From IMG/VR virus record IMGVR_UViG_3300043077_000092: a DNA stretch of 64,000 bases; one strand, written 5' to 3'. The stretch's first letter is position 1. Each line of letters begins with the position of its first letter. Source of the DNA: a virus (lineage: Duplodnaviria > Caudoviricetes). A model generated the notes under the pieces. The model was given only the letters and a program-made list of their open reading frames with translations. It did not search any database and was not told the origin of the DNA. Below are positions 58,715 through 64,000 of this stretch, in pieces. Made by a program: the position numbers and the translations under genes.

Positions 58715-59402
58715 TTGTATCACCTCTCTCAACTAACTTTTGAATGGAGTCTTCCGTTCCATTCAAAAAATAATATATATCTCGTAATTTGTTAAAGATT
58801 GCGAGTTCTCTCCAACAATCCTTCGTTGTTCTTATATTTACAAGTTCTGGAGAACGTAAATCCTTTGATAATAGAATTACTCCAACTTCTTGTACAGGTA
58901 ATCTATATAATTCCTCTACTAATTGAACGTATCCCATAATCTGAATCCAATGACTTTGACGAACTTCCTTGGAAGTCTTTAAATCAAATATCATAAGGCA
59001 ATCTTTCTTAGAGTTATAGCATATCATATCAAGAGTCCCACCATATGTACTTCCTTCCATTGGAAGTTCCATATTAAGAACTTTAATCCCAAGCTTTTCA
59101 AAATACAATTCTATCATACGGAATTTGTATATGATGAGCCTATATTCATCCTTAGAGAGAATATCCGTACTTCCATTAGCAGACATTGTAATTCCCATAA
59201 AGTATTTCTCAAATAGTTCATGACAATGGGTTCCATATGCCGCTTTTTCTTCTGTATAAATCTTCGTGTTTATCTTCTTGAAGCCCATATGGTTTGCCCA
59301 ACCAACAAGTTCAGGTTTCCCAAGTAATCCAACAATCGTTGTACATGATGGAACCTCTATTCCATCATGATAGTATTTTCTATGATCCGTGGTTTCACCC
59401 AT
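58704..59402 (-). CDS. PD-(D/E)XK exonuclease
   Basis: PSCTTI, GTHCHE, E...GGTLD...FDLKTS...QIMGY; CACA-N6-TAA at 59435-59447. Confidence 0.85.
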   Translation of the reverse strand: MGETTDHRKYYHDGIEVPSCTTIVGLLGKPELVGWANHMGFKKINTKIYTEEKAAYGTHCHELFEKYFMGITMSANGSTDILSKDEYRLIIYKFRMIELYFEKLGIKVLNMELPMEGSTYGGTLDMICYNSKKDCLMIFDLKTSKEVRQSHWIQIMGYVQLVEELYRLPVQEVGVILLSKDLRSPELVNIRTTKDCWRELAIFNKLRDIYYFLNGTEDSIQKLVERGDTNDA

Positions 59403-59529
59403 GGTTTTATCTCACCGCCTTCTGTTTAAAGTATTTAGACCCATGTGGAAAAACACATAATATCCTAAGACGTACGTAGAACCTGACGCTGTCCACAAGG
59501 GAGTAATTAGAATGAAAGGAGAGGATTTC

Positions 59530-60792
59530 ATGTCACTTACAATATCAAACCCTTCGATTGTTCATACATTTGGTAATGTCGCATGTGTTGCCATGAATTA
59601 TATACAGTCATTCTTCCCTGAAGATTTCTTTACAAAGACTCATATAAGTACAAAGATGTCTCATCGCCAGTTAAATGTATATAGAGCAGGAACAGGGTTT
59701 TGGAAAAATAAAAAACCAATGTTAGTATTAAGACCCCGAATTGATTTTGATAGTTCATCGAATTGGTTCTATGGTTCTGCTATGATGAGCAGAATGACTC
59801 ATAGTAGTTCACCAATGGAATTCGGAGATTTAGTACCAATCATACACGATCCAGATAATGCTGTAGATGTACAGTTCTTATGGAATCGGTATCGTATCGT
59901 TTATGACGTAGCAATCATTGTCGATACATATAATTCTCAGATTAACATTATGAATGATTTGAGAAATAGGTTGAATATCGATTGTCCATATCGAATTAAG
60001 ACTGTATTAGAGGCGTACATTCCAAAGAGTGTTATATTCTCAATTGCAGACTATATGAGAATCGATCATAATGATACGGCTACTATATTGGAATATCTGA
60101 ATACAGTTTCTTCAGTTCCCATAACTTATAAACTACATGACGGTTCGGGTACAGAAGAATTCTTTATGCTTTACCCAACAAGCGTCGAGTCAATCAGTTC
60201 TGATTTAACGCCAGATGATGGGGAGACTAGGGGTATTATCAGTGATACCTTTACAATAAGCCTATCTCTATCTATGGAGTTTAATGCCGTTGGAGTATGG
60301 TATACGTTTATGATGGACGGAGATGACGTAAAGAGACAGGCTCCAATGGATAATATTGTTGGTAATAATGGTGAACGTATTATTCCAATATCATCAATAC
60401 CTTTGGGATATGACCTTGGATTGGAAGCAGGATGGAAGATATTAGAATCACCATTCTATTTTCCTAATAACGTGGTAAATGGAGTAGATGAGACTGATAT
60501 CAGTTCTATATTAGACCGTTCATCTGTAAAAGCTCTTATAGAGCATCATACTCAAATGCATATTCCTTTGGAACAGTTCTTAGACTTTAGAGTATTCAGG
60601 GGTAATAAGGAAATTCCTAGAGGGGTTAAAGGTTTCGATATAAGCTTAGAGAAAAAATGTATCTATACTTATAATCCAGCACCTGAGATTCAGCATAGAC
60701 TTTTTGTACTCATTAATTCATTAGCTATTAACAATATGGCTACTGAGATTATGAATTATGGAAAGATAGATTCTACGCAGTACACAAAATAA
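59530..60792 (+). CDS. Putative virion structural protein
   Basis: Start MSLTIS (59530) behind AGGAGAGG; CACA-N6-TAA at 59494-59506. Confidence 0.55.
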   Translation: MSLTISNPSIVHTFGNVACVAMNYIQSFFPEDFFTKTHISTKMSHRQLNVYRAGTGFWKNKKPMLVLRPRIDFDSSSNWFYGSAMMSRMTHSSSPMEFGDLVPIIHDPDNAVDVQFLWNRYRIVYDVAIIVDTYNSQINIMNDLRNRLNIDCPYRIKTVLEAYIPKSVIFSIADYMRIDHNDTATILEYLNTVSSVPITYKLHDGSGTEEFFMLYPTSVESISSDLTPDDGETRGIISDTFTISLSLSMEFNAVGVWYTFMMDGDDVKRQAPMDNIVGNNGERIIPISSIPLGYDLGLEAGWKILESPFYFPNNVVNGVDETDISSILDRSSVKALIEHHTQMHIPLEQFLDFRVFRGNKEIPRGVKGFDISLEKKCIYTYNPAPEIQHRLFVLINSLAINNMATEIMNYGKIDSTQYTK

Positions 60793-61032
60793 GTAATCTG
60801 GGTAAATAACAACGACTAGCGTATCGTATCCCATCAAAACCCTTAACCTTTAAGTGTGGGGTGAGATATGCGTGTCCCCAGATACCCTTATATATTTATA
60901 GATTACCGTCAATTAGCATTGGAGCACTTTAGCAGGTTAGTACCTATTGAAAAGAGACAGCATTGTTGAATCACATACATAAGAGAAAGTCAAACACAAT
61001 CAACTTGTTGACGGAACCTGTAGAAAAAAAAA

Positions 61033-61072
61033 AGAAAGCCAGAAGGGAGAATCGTTCCCTTCTGGCTTTTTT
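61033..61072. terminator. Bidirectional terminator
   Basis: AAAGCCAGAAGGGA / TCCCTTCTGGCTTT flanked by A- and T-runs. Confidence 0.8.
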
Positions 61073-61108
61073 GTATGTATATTCTTCTTATATTATAGCC
61101 CGTGAATC

Positions 61109-61573
61109 TTAATGAGCTATAAACAAAATTGGTACATTACATCTTGGGCAACTGCGTTCACGGCTAAGCGGTGTGCCACATCTGTCGCAAAATATAACTT
61201 TGTGGGATTTCTGTTTTTCTACTTCTTTGGTCAATTCCGAAACAAGTTCTTCACATTTTGTTATTGAATCTCTGAGTTTCGTCATCCGACCTTCCGCAGC
61301 AACAATCTCTTCAACTGCGATTTGATACATCTCAAAAGACCTCTTGTCGATAGCCTTGTAGAGTTTACATATATCATTGTAGTGATTAATGTCTTCTACT
61401 AAACCGTCTCTAATCTGAGTGGTCTGTTTTAGGTGTTCTCTTAGAGTATCACAGTGGCGTTTAAGCCAACTTCTCATTTCCTGCATATCGTCCAGTTCAA
61501 AATAACTGTTTTCAATACAGTAATCAATACTCATACCCCCTTGTAGTAAATTGCAAATACCTACGATGTTCAT
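61109..61573 (-). CDS. Coiled-coil protein with C-terminal zinc ribbon
   Basis: CDRC...CPRC; AAGGAGG RBS. Confidence 0.65.
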   Translation of the reverse strand: MNIVGICNLLQGGMSIDYCIENSYFELDDMQEMRSWLKRHCDTLREHLKQTTQIRDGLVEDINHYNDICKLYKAIDKRSFEMYQIAVEEIVAAEGRMTKLRDSITKCEELVSELTKEVEKQKSHKVIFCDRCGTPLSRERSCPRCNVPILFIAH

Positions 61574-61710
61574 TTTTTAAAAGTTCCTCCTTTAAGTTAA
61601 ATTGTAATTAGCATTAAGTTCCCACTTTCCTTTACTTATTACTAATCCATAAGTTTAATATTGTTCTATAAAGTCTATTAACAGAAAGTTCTCTGAAATA
61701 CCCTCTCTGG

Positions 61711-61723
61711 AACAATATCTTAA
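61711..61723 (+). promoter_or_regulatory. Putative late promoter AACA-N6-TAA
   Basis: AACAATATCTTAA before AAGGAGG RBS. Confidence 0.7.
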
Positions 61724-61748
61724 ATAATAGTAAAGGAGGTCATAATTT

Positions 61749-64000
61749 ATGAATACAAATTCAGAGACTCCAAAGGAAGAATTAATTGGCACAATTGATG
61801 ATTTGGAAATAACTGATGATGTACTCTATGCAAACAACACATTCAGTTTGCGTGCGTTAAACGAAACGCTGGAGAGATTATCACTTATAAATTTCTGGAG
61901 TTTGTACCAGACTCAACGGGCTCGCTTGCATATGGAACGATTCGATATCCCGTTCAGCGAATTTAAGGCGGTTTATCGTCTTGCTGGTGAAAAGAGTAGG
62001 GACTATTATCCCAGAAGATATATAGCGTATATGGATTATACGTTCATTCGTCCCGAACTTCGTAAGAAGTACAAAAGGTCTGAGTTATATGGTCTTGCAT
62101 TAAACCAAGAACAGATAGCCTCAAACTCTGATATTTTCCGATATAATCACCTTGTGTTTATCGATGGTGATTATATCTTTACAACTGAAGTTTATCCTCA
62201 GGAGTCAAAGACGGGAATTATCATTGACGTTGAAAGTAACCATAACGAGCATGGTATCACTTATTCTGATTATGTCAGATACTCTGAGACCAATCCAACG
62301 GTTACAATCATTATGGTTCCGAACTACAAGTTCTCATCCCTTACAGCTAATCAGTACGTAATTGATAAGTATAATGGGGTTGTACCATTTGATAAAATCA
62401 ACAGGTCTAGCTTGTTCACCAAGGACACGATATGCTTCTTAAACAACGAAGAAGGATTAGCTCGTAGATTCATATCTTCCAAGATAGCGATTGATATGGA
62501 TAACAAGAATGTCGTATTTGGAAACGACTTAGGTGCTGGGGGTAAGAAATATCTCTTAGCATTTATGACGTTTGATTCCTTATATGACAGACTGGAAGTA
62601 ACTACTGACAATCCGTATATCCAACTTCATACGAAGATGCCTTGTCCAAAGGAACAGCTTCTCGTTATGATAAAGGGTACTGATGGGAAGATTAGATTCG
62701 ATTCGGGTATAACGATTGATATGTTTTATCCGAATATTTATAGAATTAATAATATCCCTGAGGGAGAAACGGCAGTTGTATTTGTTATGCAGGATGAGGA
62801 GACAGTTACAGATTCCGAAGAATATGTCAATGAATTGGCTAAGTATGAGGAATATGTAAGTATGCTTCCGAAATATACCGACATGACGATACCAGAAATC
62901 TTAAAGACATACAGACCAGCATCATTCATATATTCTATTGAGGATTATGAGGGTTCGATCTACATGCCAAATACGTTAAACTACAAAGTTGCAAAGTTGC
63001 ATAAGACAATCTATGAGAATCCTTGGGCATTGGTAGTATATCTTGACATACTGAATTTACCTTCGGACAAATTCTATCTTGATATGGAAAAGATTGATTT
63101 GGATAATCGTATCCGAAGAGATTCTTCCAGAGAAGATGTTGATAGCGGTACGCCGATTGCTGAGTTTGACGAGGATATGTATGTATTTGCAATGAATCGT
63201 CATTACGTGGATACTCGTAGCTATGGATTCCGTATATTTATTGACGGATTATTCCAGTTAGATAATACCTATACAATACTCCCGGGACCGAACTTCTATT
63301 TCATTTATATCCCTGCAAGTAAAATCACTCCAACCTCAATGATTGAGATTGAGAGATACAAGTTATTTACAGTGGAGAAGAGAAGTTCGACTGATTCATT
63401 TGATACACCATTACTTGAACTTGATTTTTCTGATAATAGAGGAATGATTGGTTATTCAAGGGAGATTTATGTTGTCGATACAACCGATATGATGTATATT
63501 GGAAGAACCGATTTCAGGATTGACGTTCTCTATAAATTTGCTGAGAAAGCAGATAAATGGACAACTATTCCCGACCATAGAAACATTGCTCTTGAGAATA
63601 AGGTGAGGGTGTATATTACAAATGAGAAATATCTGGGTAGAACTTTAAGAGTTGGTATCCAGAGAAGATGTGCAATGTCAACTGGTGATGTATATCATGA
63701 ACCATCTGAAGAAGATAAGCAGACATTCTGGTATACTAAGGGAAGAATCAATAATTTTGGTGGATATGACAGAGGAAGTTACCGTATCTTCAACAATGGA
63801 CGGTTGTTGTTACCTGTTCAGTATTATATCAACCAGACTATGAAATATGGCGGAGAAGATTTCTTTAGAACCAGTTGTGAACTTCACGAGGGAGATAGAT
63901 TTACAATCGACCATGTTCCTGCTCAATTCCGTGTCATCTATTATCAGCATGAAGTTGATATGGATAATAAGAAGGGATACGTTGATTTGGATGGAAAAGT
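61749..64000 (+). CDS. Large putative virion structural protein, truncated by window end (absent from the ORF track)
   Basis: ATG 61749 (MNTNSETPKEELIG...) with AAGGAGG; frame open where checked and still open at the end (...KGYVDLDGK); late promoter. Confidence 0.75.
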   Translation, partial: MNTNSETPKEELIGTIDDLEITDDVLYANNTFSLRALNETLERLSLINFWSLYQTQRARLHMERFDIPFSEFKAVYRLAGEKSRDYYPRRYIAYMDYTFIRPELRKKYKRSELYGLALNQEQIASNSDIFRYNHLVFIDGDYIFTTEVYPQESKTGIIIDVESNHNEHGITYSDYVRYSETNPTVTIIMVPNYKFSSLTANQYVIDKYNGVVPFDKINRSSLFTKDTICFLNNEEGLARRFISSKIAIDMDNKNVVFGNDLGAGGKKYLLAFMTFDSLYDRLEVTTDNPYIQLHTKMPCPKEQLLVMIKGTDGKIRFDSGITIDMFYPNIYRINNIPEGETAVVFVMQDEETVTDSEEYVNELAKYEEYVSMLPKYTDMTIPEILKTYRPASFIYSIEDYEGSIYMPNTLNYKVAKLHKTIYENPWALVVYLDILNLPSDKFYLDMEKIDLDNRIRRDSSREDVDSGTPIAEFDEDMYVFAMNRHYVDTRSYGFRIFIDGLFQLDNTYTILPGPNFYFIYIPASKITPTSMIEIERYKLFTVEKRSSTDSFDTPLLELDFSDNRGMIGYSREIYVVDTTDMMYIGRTDFRIDVLYKFAEKADKWTTIPDHRNIALENKVRVYITNEKYLGRTLRVGIQRRCAMSTGDVYHEPSEEDKQTFWYTKGRINNFGGYDRGSYRIFNNGRLLLPVQYYINQTMKYGGEDFFRTSCELHEGDRFTIDHVPAQFRVIYYQHEVDMDNKKGYVDLDGK

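Noticed and set aside
2646-63843. Numerous short antisense or alternate-frame ORFs in the track (e.g. 5172..5606, 14550..15008, 36760..37272, 55614..55832, 62152..62361)
   Set aside because: Nested in well-supported genes or structured RNA, lacking RBSs and protein-like composition
1-64000. Stop-codon recoding
   Set aside because: Core genes are full-length in the standard code, and TAA, TAG and TGA all end genes
1-64000. CRISPR array or Cas system
   Set aside because: No regularly spaced repeat-spacer pattern seen; the PD-(D/E)XK nuclease at 58704-59402 lacks the Cas4 four-Cys cluster

Overview
A 64 kb segment of an AT-rich jumbo myovirus genome resembling the AR9/PBS1/phiKZ-type phages that encode their own split multisubunit RNA polymerases. 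The host is probably a Bacillota/Clostridia-type bacterium (strong AAGGAGG RBSs, SPP1-type holin, DUF6273-like tail proteins). Most genes are on the minus strand. Left end: a tail-fibre/receptor-binding cluster whose last gene looks like a diversity-generating retroelement (DGR) target; no template repeat or reverse transcriptase was seen in the window. Next comes an early SLOG + PARG-macrodomain + degenerate MazG cluster, then virion proteins. Core genes include SbcC/SbcD, three RNAP beta fragments (indicating two polymerases), ThyX, NAD-dependent ligase, RecA, a tubulin/FtsZ-family GTPase, a type IIA topoisomerase pair, RecD/Dda-like and DnaB helicases, a holin and a baseplate wedge protein. 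A large ORF runs off the right end. Two recurring promoter motifs can be read directly: TATATTA (early-type) and NACA-N6-TA(A) (AR9 late-type). The most unusual element is the ~300-nt leader of the tubulin gene. It holds a 74-nt tRNA mimic and a segment complementary to its own RBS region and to the RBS-proximal regions of four other genes. Several other structured noncoding regions are present. All calls come from reading motifs by eye; no database searches or folding programs were run.
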